Source: a virus. Taken from it: 64,000 bases of DNA. The notes beneath the pieces are model-generated. The model had not been told where the DNA came from, did no database searches, and saw only the letters and a list, made by a program, of their open reading frames with translations. The stretch lies in the IMG/VR virus record IMGVR_UViG_3300037010_001275, positions 30,985 through 94,984 of that record, one strand, 5' to 3'. Both the position numbers and the translations under genes were made by a program. The stretch's first letter is position 1, and each line of letters begins with the position of its first letter. Shown piece after piece: positions 1 to 9,343 of the stretch.

Positions 1-263
1 TGAGCATGACCCTTTTGAAAATCCGAGAGCATCGTCTTGACCGTTGGAGTAGACAAGTTTTCACAAAAAAAAAAGAGATAACCCCATAACTAGCTAGTTA
101 TGGGGCCTCTTTTCAGTCATGATTTTTCCAGAGCCATCAATATTTTCACTTAGAAATTTGCATTAAGCTTTACGAGTTAACTCTCTCCTTCTATTTGATG
201 TAACTGAGCAAAAGTATGATTTTCATTTCTGGAGAGGTTTCCAAGTTCCCATGTTACCTTCTT

Positions 264-1469
264 CTATATATTACGCACGAGAATGAGCTTCTCCTCAGCA
301 CGAGTTACAGCTGTATAGAGCCAACGTTTGTGAAACTCGCGATCACCGAACTTTTCTTCGATCACGATCGGTTTTCGGTATGATGACCCCTGACTTTTGT
401 GGCAGGTGACAGCGTATGCGAAATCCATTTTGATAAGAGTCTGGCGTTTCATGAAGTACCGCTCTTCATTGATAGTCTCAAACTGTCTCGACCCGTCAAA
501 GTATGGCTTCAAGGCTACCAGACGCCAGTTCTCCACCGAGGTCGATATCGTCTTCTCGAGGTCGAGCTGTCGACCTCCGAAGTCGATTTCGCGACGGAAG
601 CTGTGCGTCACACCGACACAGTCAGTGAGGCTCATATGGTTATTGTCCTCGGCGCTTTCGATCACCAGCCCGTTGAATAAGCCAAGGTCTCGATAGTTCT
701 CTAGGATCATTACGGGCTCGTCGACAGCTGGCATATTACCCGGCTTGAAGCCCTTCAACTTCCGGATGAGACGATTGTAGTATTTTCGTGTCTCGTTCTT
801 ACCCACGATCATTTGATCAGTCTTGAGTAGTAGGTCGTCATCGAGGTCATCCTCTTCAATAATCCAGACACCCTTACCGTACTTCCCGAATGGGATCCTC
901 TTACCCTGACGGATGTCCATCGAAAGTCGGATGATTGGGGAGTCTGCTGCCTGTCGATGGACCTCAGTCAGCTCTGACTCAGCTTCCATCATGAATTTAC
1001 CGTTCTTGTCAGACGGGTCATTTGAAATGGGAGGCAGCTGGCCAGAGTCGCCAACGAAGAGGATCGGCACGCCGAAGCTCAGAAGATCGTCGCGCATAGT
1101 CTTGGAGACCATGGACGCCTCATCAATGATGATGAGGGAGTAGAGGGAGCGGATCTCCTCGGGGGGCCGCTTGATGAAGATGTAGTCGCCATTCGGCAAC
1201 TCTTCGGCCTTATAGGCGAGGGAGTGGATTGTCTTAGCTTCGGGGATACCCTTCTTTCGAAGGACGGACGCAGCCTTGTGTGTGAATGCGACCACAGCAA
1301 TCTGCTTATTGCTTTGGAATTCTTCACAGGTCATCAGGAACTTCATAATCGACGTTTTACCGGTTCCAGCAAAGCCCTTCAGTCTCCAGAACGGCTGCAT
1401 GCGGTCGATGTACCATGTCTTAATCTCGAAGATTGCCCTTGTTTGTTCGTCTGTCAGGGTGAAGCTCAT
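264..1469 (-). CDS. SF1B (Dda/RecD-like) DNA helicase
   Basis: Walker A GFAGTGKT, IIIDEASMV, GDSGQLPP, HRQ, YAVTCHKSQGS and LYTAVTRA motifs. Confidence 0.9.
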   Translation of the reverse strand: MSFTLTDEQTRAIFEIKTWYIDRMQPFWRLKGFAGTGKTSIMKFLMTCEEFQSNKQIAVVAFTHKAASVLRKKGIPEAKTIHSLAYKAEELPNGDYIFIKRPPEEIRSLYSLIIIDEASMVSKTMRDDLLSFGVPILFVGDSGQLPPISNDPSDKNGKFMMEAESELTEVHRQAADSPIIRLSMDIRQGKRIPFGKYGKGVWIIEEDDLDDDLLLKTDQMIVGKNETRKYYNRLIRKLKGFKPGNMPAVDEPVMILENYRDLGLFNGLVIESAEDNNHMSLTDCVGVTHSFRREIDFGGRQLDLEKTISTSVENWRLVALKPYFDGSRQFETINEERYFMKRQTLIKMDFAYAVTCHKSQGSSYRKPIVIEEKFGDREFHKRWLYTAVTRAEEKLILVRNI

Positions 1470-1995
1470 AGCTCTCCTTAAATGGGGTATCGAATTGTTC
1501 GATGGTGAACTCAGTAGCCTTCAGATGGAAATAGAAGCTGCGGAGTTGTAGTAGACATCTGACATATTATATATGCCCAACTTCCAAATCTCGCTGAGAC
1601 AATGCTCTTGAATCCTTGTGATTGCCTTTTGGGAAAGCGGTTTATAGATGTTCTTGGAGAGTTTACATCAAAACTCGACGCGGTAGGTCACGGAGTCCGT
1701 CCGGGTCACAGAAACAGACTCGAAGAGCCTACTAGGGATTTTGAGCTCTGCATCACATTGTACAACGAAGTCCTTTATGAGTTTTTCGGTGTGGCTCAAA
1801 GTGAGCCTCCCTGCGCTTGCAATATGACTTTAGTGTATAAGGTCTGCAATCACATCCGACTTCGCGGACAAGAGTGACAACCCGTTTGATCCCATGTCTA
1901 CGCAAATGCTGGTGATATTTTGTATAGGCTAACTGGAAGTTGGGCTGTTTAAGATCGATTAACTATAGGATAACTGAGACAACTAATAAGGAAAC

Positions 1996-2799
1996 GTGAT
2001 GGCCTTGAAATCAATTAACGAGATCTCGCGCGACGGCCTGATGCGCGGGATCGTTGTCAACAATGAAGATCCTCAGCTTGAGGGAAGAGTGGCCCTCAAT
2101 GTGCCAAAGTTCATCACTAAGCACGACCCCAATAAGGTCATGCCAGTTAAATTGGAGGAGCAGATCAATGTTGACAATTTGCGCAACGAGGAAATCAAGG
2201 ACTTTGTTCCTTCATCTGTGAAGACTGCGAATTACATTTGGTTTCGTCCAGTCTTCAACAATAACTTTCTCGTACCATACATCGGTCAGGTAGTCTACTG
2301 CTTCTTCGAGGACGGAGATCCTAACAAGCCGTACTACTATCCCCATGCCGCCACGCTAAACGGTGAGGTGACTCCAATGGACAAACTTAAGGCGACCGCC
2401 GACAAGTTTGACGCTGATAAAAAACCGAAAATTCATGTCCTCGCTGAGTTTAAGGATGGCACAATCATCTACCACAACGAGAACGCGAAGACAAAACGGT
2501 TCGCGATCACGTTCAAGAACAACCATTCAATCAGCATCAATGAAAATCCCGAAGAGAACTCGATCGAGTTTATCACGCAATCCAAACACCGTATAGTTCT
2601 GGATCAGCTGAACAAACACATCACTATCAAGACATCTGAGGGCCATGTCGGTACATTCGATGATCTTAATAAGAAGATTCAGATTATGACGACTGGGGGT
2701 CACAACGTCTTATTGGATGATAAGGCAGGCCAGATCACCGTACAGGCATCCAGCGGTGGAGTGATCAAAATAGGAGGCGGAATCACCAGTATCAACTAA
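1996..2799 (+). CDS. Baseplate central spike, gp5/VgrG-like OB-fold protein
   Basis: GIVVNNEDPQLEGRV...W.RP...VPYIGQVVYCFFEDGDPNKPYY OB-fold signature followed by beta-helix-like repeats. Confidence 0.75.
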   Translation: MMALKSINEISRDGLMRGIVVNNEDPQLEGRVALNVPKFITKHDPNKVMPVKLEEQINVDNLRNEEIKDFVPSSVKTANYIWFRPVFNNNFLVPYIGQVVYCFFEDGDPNKPYYYPHAATLNGEVTPMDKLKATADKFDADKKPKIHVLAEFKDGTIIYHNENAKTKRFAITFKNNHSISINENPEENSIEFITQSKHRIVLDQLNKHITIKTSEGHVGTFDDLNKKIQIMTTGGHNVLLDDKAGQITVQASSGGVIKIGGGITSIN

Positions 2800-2883
2800 G
2801 CAAAAAAAAAAGTCCGATAGGAGCACGAGGCTCCTATCGGACAAATGCCCCTTTTGAGCGAGGCGGGGGTATAACAAACCTTG

Positions 2884-3693
2884 TCAGGCTGCGAATTTTT
2901 CCTTCAGTGCCGTAAGCTTTTCGAGACTTACTGCAGGCTGAGCAGCAGCTTTGGCGGATGTGAAGTAATCCTCCGGAAAACCGATGTACTCGGTCTTCTT
3001 AAAGGAAGTCGTCAAAGCCTTGACCAATTTCGGGTCAAGACTTACACAGCCTTGCACGAGAGAAGCTTTTGCACCGAGGTTCTGTAGCTCATTTAGGAAC
3101 GTCCAGAAACGGAACATAACCAGCGTGCGGCGGCGCTCGTCGAAGGTCAGTTCCGTCTTCGGGTCAATAGCGTCAATGACGAACTGCGGCAGGTTGATGC
3201 GAGACTTCTCGGCGAATACCGGCATGGTAACGCGCTTCTCTTCGGTTGCATCAGCCTGTTTGTGGAACACGGTGATGACAATGCCATTTTCACCCTCGAC
3301 ATCCTTCAACAGCGGCCAGTCCTCTTTGTCGAAGCCGACGAAACGGACAGTGCTGTTCGGGATCATTCGCTCGATCTGACCGAGCAGATAGCTACCAATG
3401 AGGTAGCCGTTCTCGATGGCGAAGTTGGTTGCGTCAGTAGCAGCGATCAGGGACTCGATGCGGCACAGTGCCTCGAACCACTTCACTGCGCGTCGAATCT
3501 GTGCGTCACTTAAGGGTTTGGGACCCTTTTGATCATCCTTTTTGTGGCGAGAGTTCTGCTGCTGAATACAGCTCTGGACGAAGCGGGGGAGCTGAGGAAA
3601 TTCCGCGCCTTTCTTAGACGGGACCGTCACAATTGCGACGGCTTCGGCCTGGATCTTCTGGGGAGCGTTTTTGTAGTGGAAGGTGACTTTCAT
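2884..3693 (-). CDS. Hypothetical protein (early-type promoter upstream)
   Basis: Long ORF; GAGGA RBS before ATG at 3693; promoter motif at 3774-3800. Confidence 0.7.
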   Translation of the reverse strand: MKVTFHYKNAPQKIQAEAVAIVTVPSKKGAEFPQLPRFVQSCIQQQNSRHKKDDQKGPKPLSDAQIRRAVKWFEALCRIESLIAATDATNFAIENGYLIGSYLLGQIERMIPNSTVRFVGFDKEDWPLLKDVEGENGIVITVFHKQADATEEKRVTMPVFAEKSRINLPQFVIDAIDPKTELTFDERRRTLVMFRFWTFLNELQNLGAKASLVQGCVSLDPKLVKALTTSFKKTEYIGFPEDYFTSAKAAAQPAVSLEKLTALKEKFAA

Positions 3694-3773
3694 GAACGTG
3701 TCCTCGTTGTTTGGTTGTTGGATGGTGACTTGTAAGCAAACCGACGCTATCATTGGTCGTCAGCATTAAAAGA

Positions 3774-3800
3774 ATATATCGGTGATTTATGAATAGATAC
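3774..3800 (-). promoter_or_regulatory. Early-type phage promoter GTATCT-N15-ATATAT
   Basis: Same bipartite motif with an exact 15-nt spacer at five intergenic sites. Confidence 0.7.
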
Positions 3801-3854
3801 CTCTCGCTCGTTATAACTCATAAATAATCACCGAGCAATGTACTGTTGATCATT

Positions 3855-4589
3855 ATGGTAAAGAAAAAGAAAGACCAGACAAAAGTTATTGATCAAGAAG
3901 TGGAGGAAGCCCAGTCGGAGCAACAAGGTACACCGCCATGGGAAGACCCACCGGCATCTATTGCCGTCGAGATTGACCAGATCGAGGCTCCCGACGACAA
4001 CGTTGAGATTCTTGGGAAGAATCAGGAGTACTCGCTGACAATGTATCTCGACCCTGACGTTGAAGCGAAATTCTTCGTTCGCTTTATTAAGAAGGTCGAG
4101 CAACTGGTGCGATCTAACCCCGATTACAAAGATTATATCACGCTCCTTCGCGATGAGATGGGCCTTGACACCTGTGCTTACCTCGGCAAGGTAGATGTCA
4201 ACAAGGCTGAGATCCAGCTCCATCATTGCATCAGCAATCTTTACACGATCTGTGTCACAGTGTGCAACCGTCTGATGAAGACTGGCAAACAGGTGACAAG
4301 TTTCATCCTCGCCGACGAGGTCGTCAGGCTCCACATGAACGACAAGATCGCCCTTGTCCCGCTCACCACGACGATGCATGAGTTGGTCCACGCTGGAAAG
4401 ATCAAGATCCCGAAGAACGTCATTTTTGGGAACTACCATGAATACTTTGAGGAACATAAAGAGTACATGGATGAGTACGAGCTGAAGCTCTATGAGGATA
4501 TCGAGGGCTTTGAAGTGCTCAATTCCAAGGAGATTTTAATGCTTACTACTCCGATCAAGGAAACCGAAACTAAGGAAGAAGAGTTATGA
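3855..4589 (+). CDS. Conserved hypothetical protein with HNH-like His motifs (paralog 1)
   Basis: TCAYLG...IQLHH...LVPLTTTMHELVH; clearly paralogous to 4881-5564. Confidence 0.7.
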   Translation: MVKKKKDQTKVIDQEVEEAQSEQQGTPPWEDPPASIAVEIDQIEAPDDNVEILGKNQEYSLTMYLDPDVEAKFFVRFIKKVEQLVRSNPDYKDYITLLRDEMGLDTCAYLGKVDVNKAEIQLHHCISNLYTICVTVCNRLMKTGKQVTSFILADEVVRLHMNDKIALVPLTTTMHELVHAGKIKIPKNVIFGNYHEYFEEHKEYMDEYELKLYEDIEGFEVLNSKEILMLTTPIKETETKEEEL

Positions 4590-4870
4590 AATCCGTTCAA
4601 GCACTCGTAGAGGAGCTTCTCTATGAGAAAAAGATATCTAAGTTCGAGAAGCTTAAGCAGAACAAAGTAAAGCTAACTGACGAGGAGCGGTCGAAGGTCG
4701 CTGCTGCCAAGGCTGAGTGGAGTGATGGCCGTAGTGCTGTCTGGAAGTCCGTCTGCCCGAAAACTGGCAAAACCACTTACGTCACGCATACGCACCGCGC
4801 CTACCAGACTGCTGATAGCGTCGAGGGAGCATGCAGCAAATTCCACAAGTTCATCAAGAGTACCGCATAG
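4586..4870 (+). CDS. Small basic protein with ...LLYE leader, possible internal head protein
   Basis: ORF coupled to the upstream stop (ATGA overlap); N-terminus MKSVQALVEELLYE. Confidence 0.6.
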   Translation: MKSVQALVEELLYEKKISKFEKLKQNKVKLTDEERSKVAAAKAEWSDGRSAVWKSVCPKTGKTTYVTHTHRAYQTADSVEGACSKFHKFIKSTA

Positions 4871-4880
4871 GGAGACACCG

Positions 4881-5564
4881 ATGACCGGGAGAAAAGAGAA
4901 GCAGCCGCCGAAGGAGCGTGATCCCGGAGTACGCTCACTCTATGGGAAACCTGCGTTTTACGCGCTATATAATCTTGAGAACAACGAGAAAAATAAGAAG
5001 AAGTTTATCAAGAACGTAGAGAGCATGGTACGCTCCTCTCATGAGTACAGGAACTTTCTCACTTACCTCAAGCAGGAAGCCGAGCTAACGTATTGCGCCA
5101 TCATGAACGGACTCGATGCCGACGTTATGAAGGACATCTCGCTCGAGATTCACCACTACCCGTATACGCTGTATGACATCACGGAGGCCGTTCTCGATCG
5201 ACATCTGATGAACAACCTCGATTTCACCCGGCTCAGTATCGCCCACGAAGTCATGGGCCTGCACTTCTCGTTACAGGTCGGCCTCGTGCCGCTAACACTC
5301 ACGATGCACCAGATGGCCCACACCGGAAATATTCTCATCGACATGGACCACGTTTTCGGCGATTACAAAAAGTTCTCGAAGGATTACGGGCTGTACTTGT
5401 CCGACGAGGCAAAGGGCCGATACATGCACTACTACCAGCGTACAAAGAACAAAGAGCTGATCAGACAGTTCAATACTGACAAGCTCACGATCAATCAAAA
5501 GCTCTTCCTGCTCCCGGAGCCGAAGGGCGAAAACAAGGATGAAGACGATGAAGAATCTTTTTAA
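4881..5564 (+). CDS. Conserved hypothetical protein with HNH-like His motifs (paralog 2)
   Basis: GGAG RBS; YCAIM...LEIHHYPYTLYDI...VGLVPLTLTMHQMAH. Confidence 0.7.
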   Translation: MTGRKEKQPPKERDPGVRSLYGKPAFYALYNLENNEKNKKKFIKNVESMVRSSHEYRNFLTYLKQEAELTYCAIMNGLDADVMKDISLEIHHYPYTLYDITEAVLDRHLMNNLDFTRLSIAHEVMGLHFSLQVGLVPLTLTMHQMAHTGNILIDMDHVFGDYKKFSKDYGLYLSDEAKGRYMHYYQRTKNKELIRQFNTDKLTINQKLFLLPEPKGENKDEDDEESF

Positions 5565-5913
5565 GTGGCTTTTCTCTATGTACCGAAGAAAGTCCGTAGA
5601 CAAGCGCCCCGCGACCACATTTGCCCCAGCCAACTTCAAGCAGGACACGGAATGCCTGCTTAGCGTGATCAGCACGTTCATCGAGAATGAGCGATTCAAG
5701 ATTACGATCGCACAGAAGAAGATCCTGTCCGACAGCGATCTAGTAGAGATCGCGAACGTCGTGACGCTTCGCACCATCGCCACCCTTTCTGAAGACTATA
5801 AGACCCTACTACAGAGGTACTTCTCTAAGGAGGAGCTCACCACGTTTATCTCTGAAATCGTCGTACGCAACGTCGTCCAGCTCGGTCTCGACGTGAACCG
5901 CAAGGTTGTGTAA
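5548..5913 (+). CDS. Hypothetical protein
   Basis: ORF in operon, followed by a bidirectional terminator hairpin (about 5912-5954). Confidence 0.65.
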   Translation: MKNLFKWLFSMYRRKSVDKRPATTFAPANFKQDTECLLSVISTFIENERFKITIAQKKILSDSDLVEIANVVTLRTIATLSEDYKTLLQRYFSKEELTTFISEIVVRNVVQLGLDVNRKVV

Positions 5914-5957
5914 AAAAAAAAGACCCATCCGCCCAAAGGCTGGATGGGTCTTTTGCT

Positions 5958-6278
5958 TTATTTGGCTTCCGTCTCCTCTGAGTCCTCGTGATCGTAAGGG
6001 CCGTCGAACTCATCATCATTGTCATCTTCTATTTCCAGCTCAGTCAGCGGTTCGCTCTCATGAAGGCCGTCGAACACAGAGCAGATATAGATACCGACCG
6101 TGTCATATAGCTGCTCGATGTCCTTGGCAGACATGGACTCAACGTCATCGTTTTCATCGAACTCGATGAGTTCAACGTACACCGCCTTGCGGATCTCGTC
6201 CGAGGTCGGGTTCCCGTCGAGGTGAAGAATGATGGTCTCGTTGGATGCAGTGTCAAAAGCGGTGATAGTCTTAGGCAT
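5958..6278 (-). CDS. Acidic hypothetical protein
   Basis: AGGAG RBS; very D/E-rich. Confidence 0.7.
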   Translation of the reverse strand: MPKTITAFDTASNETIILHLDGNPTSDEIRKAVYVELIEFDENDDVESMSAKDIEQLYDTVGIYICSVFDGLHESEPLTELEIEDDNDDEFDGPYDHEDSEETEAK

Positions 6279-6293
6279 GTTGCTTCTCCTTGG

Positions 6294-7064
6294 TTAAATT
6301 ATGATACGGATGAGAGGTAACAGAATGTTCTCATAGTTATATGAGATGTCTAGGTCGTCCACGGACTCGTCGTCAGCGTGTTCGATGAAGACCGTGTAGC
6401 CCTTCATAGAGCTGGTCAGGCGGTAGGCGGCGTTTGGTCCGAGCTCCTTGTAGTAACTGTGACAGAGCTCTCGACCGACGTAAGCCTGTCGAATCTCCTT
6501 GATATATTCAAACAGGAATCTTCGATCCTTGTATTCGGCAAACTCGAGGACCTTGCGGACTTCCTCAAGCAGCGTCTCCACCGGGTCTAGCTCGGAGTCG
6601 AACCCCTTGTACCAGAATTTCCCGGTCTTAGAGTTCAGGAAGAACTCCTTTTTGCCGAGGAGAAGGTATGAGGTTGCGGTTTCCCGGAGCGTGAACTCGA
6701 CGTACTCGCCGAACCTCGTTGTTTCGATATTGGTGTCGTAGAGCGTGATCGAGTCCTTTTTAATGCTAAGAACTTTTTCGTTCTCAACTCCGTTCTCTTC
6801 GCGAAAGAGCTTCACATATTTCCGGAAGCCAGCAAAGAGGGATTTGGTGAATTCCTTGTGTTCGCCAGAGTAGATGCCGATCTCGATGTGTCGGCGCTTC
6901 TTATCGAGCCTTGCCAGTCGCCGGAGGAAGTCTCTCGATAGTAGCTTCTCGTTTCTAGCGACCGAGTAGCCACCCTCGACGATGTCGTATTCGATGATCC
7001 TCTTATTCCTCAAGTACACGACATCGTCGTTGAGGTAGACCAGTCGGTCAAGATTCACTTGCAT
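6294..7064 (-). CDS. Hypothetical protein, possible divergent polymerase-palm-like protein
   Basis: IIEYDIVEGGYS and VLSIKKDSI loosely resemble family-B motifs A and C. Confidence 0.5.
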   Translation of the reverse strand: MQVNLDRLVYLNDDVVYLRNKRIIEYDIVEGGYSVARNEKLLSRDFLRRLARLDKKRRHIEIGIYSGEHKEFTKSLFAGFRKYVKLFREENGVENEKVLSIKKDSITLYDTNIETTRFGEYVEFTLRETATSYLLLGKKEFFLNSKTGKFWYKGFDSELDPVETLLEEVRKVLEFAEYKDRRFLFEYIKEIRQAYVGRELCHSYYKELGPNAAYRLTSSMKGYTVFIEHADDESVDDLDISYNYENILLPLIRIII

Positions 7065-7235
7065 TTTCCCTTTTCCTCATATATAATACATACGAACACC
7101 GAGTCAATCATGGAAATTATATATACGTCTTGGTATTTTAGAAGAGTTGAAAGGAGAAGTCCACTGAACACATTACTAATTTAGGGTCCGATCCGGCCCT
7201 ACAAATTTCGAGCGAATATGAAAGGAAGAGCATAA

Positions 7236-8588
7236 ATGCTAAATGTAAAACCGAGAGACATCCAGAGCGAGTTCAATGAGCTGGCGCTTGTGACCAACTA
7301 CGAGGCACTCGACAACGATTTCCGCTTCACGGCGGACGGCGTCTTCTCCGAGCGGATCTTCGGGTTCATGACGAACGGCGTCGATCATTCCTGTGAGTGT
7401 GGAAAGTTTCAGGGTTCGTTCAACCTTGGACACACCTGTGATGCGTGCGGTACGAAGGTGACGTTCAGGGGGTTACAGTTAGCGCGGGAAGGCTGGGTCG
7501 ACTTGCGCTATCCAGCCCTACACCCAGTCTTCTTCCGCTATTTACGGAAGATCATCGGAGCGACGGCGCTGAATGACATCCTAAACTACAAGATGAAGAT
7601 CAATGTCAATGGAACTCCGGTGGAAGTCCCAATGGAGGCACCTTTCAAGGGGATCGGGATGTTCCGTTTCATTGAAAACCTCGACGACATCGCCCAACAT
7701 TTCCTCGACAAAAAGAAGGACCCAGCCAAGTGGCGTGACTGGCAGTTCTTTAAGGAAAACGAGGAGATAGCATACATCGACAAGTTCCCAATTATCAATA
7801 GCCGCCTTCGCCCCGGCAACGTCATTAACGGCGAGTTTCAGTTCGACGAGATCAACAACCTGTACAATGCGATCATCAGGAACTCGGAGACACTCGGCAG
7901 CTTCACGGATATCGAGGCGACCGAGTCGAACATTCTGACGTTGGTCTATAAAAACCAAATGCTCATCAACGAGATCTTCGACACGATCCTCGAAACCCTC
8001 TCGAACAAAGAAGGTTTCATTCGGAACAGTCTGATCGGTTCCCGACTGAACCTCTCAGCCAGGAATGTGATTACGCCACTGTCTGGCGAGTACAAGATGA
8101 ACGACTGCGTCGTGCCCTATAAGACAGCGATGGAGCTCATGAAGCCACTAATCCTTCGCAAGTTGCAAAAGATCAAACGCGTCCCGATCCAGCAGGCGCA
8201 GAAGATTTGGTTCGAGGCTACCCTTACGTACAATAAGCTCGTCCATGCAGTGATGCGTGATATCGCCAAGAACGAGAACGTCAAGATTCTTCTGAACCGT
8301 AACCCGACCATCAACGTCGGATCGATCCTGTTGCTCAACATCGCTGACGTAAAAGGCGACATGAGCGATGTCACACTGAGTATCAGTAATCTTGTGTTGC
8401 CGTTGCTTGGTGCCGACTACGATGGTGACGTGCTCAACATCGTTCTTGTTGTCTCGAAGCGGTTCGTCGAGATGTTTGCGCCCTTCCAGCCGTCGAATTT
8501 CGTAATCAACTGTGACAGTGGCGACTTCAATGGCAGCTTTAAGCCCTTCAAGGATATCGAGGTCGGGCTGCAGTCACTCTTGAACTAA
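7236..8588 (+). CDS. Phage multisubunit RNA polymerase beta'-like N-terminal subunit (catalytic), probably non-virion RNAP
   Basis: DGVFSERIFG, Zn-finger CECG..CDAC, SARNVITP, LLNRNPT and catalytic GADYDGD. Confidence 0.9.
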   Translation: MLNVKPRDIQSEFNELALVTNYEALDNDFRFTADGVFSERIFGFMTNGVDHSCECGKFQGSFNLGHTCDACGTKVTFRGLQLAREGWVDLRYPALHPVFFRYLRKIIGATALNDILNYKMKINVNGTPVEVPMEAPFKGIGMFRFIENLDDIAQHFLDKKKDPAKWRDWQFFKENEEIAYIDKFPIINSRLRPGNVINGEFQFDEINNLYNAIIRNSETLGSFTDIEATESNILTLVYKNQMLINEIFDTILETLSNKEGFIRNSLIGSRLNLSARNVITPLSGEYKMNDCVVPYKTAMELMKPLILRKLQKIKRVPIQQAQKIWFEATLTYNKLVHAVMRDIAKNENVKILLNRNPTINVGSILLLNIADVKGDMSDVTLSISNLVLPLLGADYDGDVLNIVLVVSKRFVEMFAPFQPSNFVINCDSGDFNGSFKPFKDIEVGLQSLLN

Positions 8589-8646
8589 TTTTGTTTTAGA
8601 AAGTTAGACCACTACGAGGAATCCTCGTAGTGGTCTTTTTTTTTTA

Positions 8647-9264
8647 TTATGTAAGCCCTAGCCGCTTGGCGTAGCTGCGAAATGTGCCACGGAATTCATA
8701 CCTCAACGTCCGGTTTCCTTTAAAATCGTGCGGCGCGGGGATCCGATCATCGCGGAAGAGCTTAATATTAGCAATCTGGAGGATCTCTGCAACGAACGTA
8801 CTACAGATGTACTCGTTCCGGAGGTTCTCATCGTGCTCAAAGATCTTAACACCAGTAAGCTGGTTAATGGTCGCCTTCAACAGTGTAAGTCGTGAGTAGA
8901 AGAACGATCGTCTGTTCTTCATCATGTAGTCGATACGTTCTCTAATTCGGCTTAAGGCTTCCATTGTGACGTCAATAGAATACACGATAAACTCTGCGAG
9001 AGGATCAAATTTGTCAATTGTCTCGATCATGATCGAATTCTCGCCGAGATCGAAAGTGAAGAGCTTCTTTAAGTCTCGGTCAAAGGAAAGCGAAATATGG
9101 TTGTAGTTCTGCCGGGTAATCAGAGATGCCACCTTCGAGAAGGCAGTCTTCGTGTTTGTTAGAACGATGTAGATCTTAGCCTTTACGGCATCCACGGCGT
9201 CTTCGATGCTGATTGAGTCCTCCGTGAGATACCTGATAAAGATCTCGTCGGCTGCTCCGTTCAT
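8647..9264 (-). CDS. Permuted papain-like (YiiX/YebB-type NlpC/P60) amidase
   Basis: YNHISLSFD (His) precedes YICSTFVAEIL (Cys), the permuted order; AGGA RBS before ATG at 9264. Confidence 0.7.
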   Translation of the reverse strand: MNGAADEIFIRYLTEDSISIEDAVDAVKAKIYIVLTNTKTAFSKVASLITRQNYNHISLSFDRDLKKLFTFDLGENSIMIETIDKFDPLAEFIVYSIDVTMEALSRIRERIDYMMKNRRSFFYSRLTLLKATINQLTGVKIFEHDENLRNEYICSTFVAEILQIANIKLFRDDRIPAPHDFKGNRTLRYEFRGTFRSYAKRLGLT

Positions 9265-9343
9265 ATTGGTTCCTTTGAATATACCATCTATTATTAAGTT
9301 ACATCGCCAACAACTAGTTAACGTAATTTGACGAGGAAAAACG

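Noticed and set aside
1602-1877. 91-aa ORF between helicase and spike genes
   Set aside because: No convincing RBS or motif; cannot be supported as a gene.
8406-8430. DYDGD instead of DFDGD as a sign of inactive RNAP
   Set aside because: All three catalytic Asp residues are retained; F to Y is conservative.
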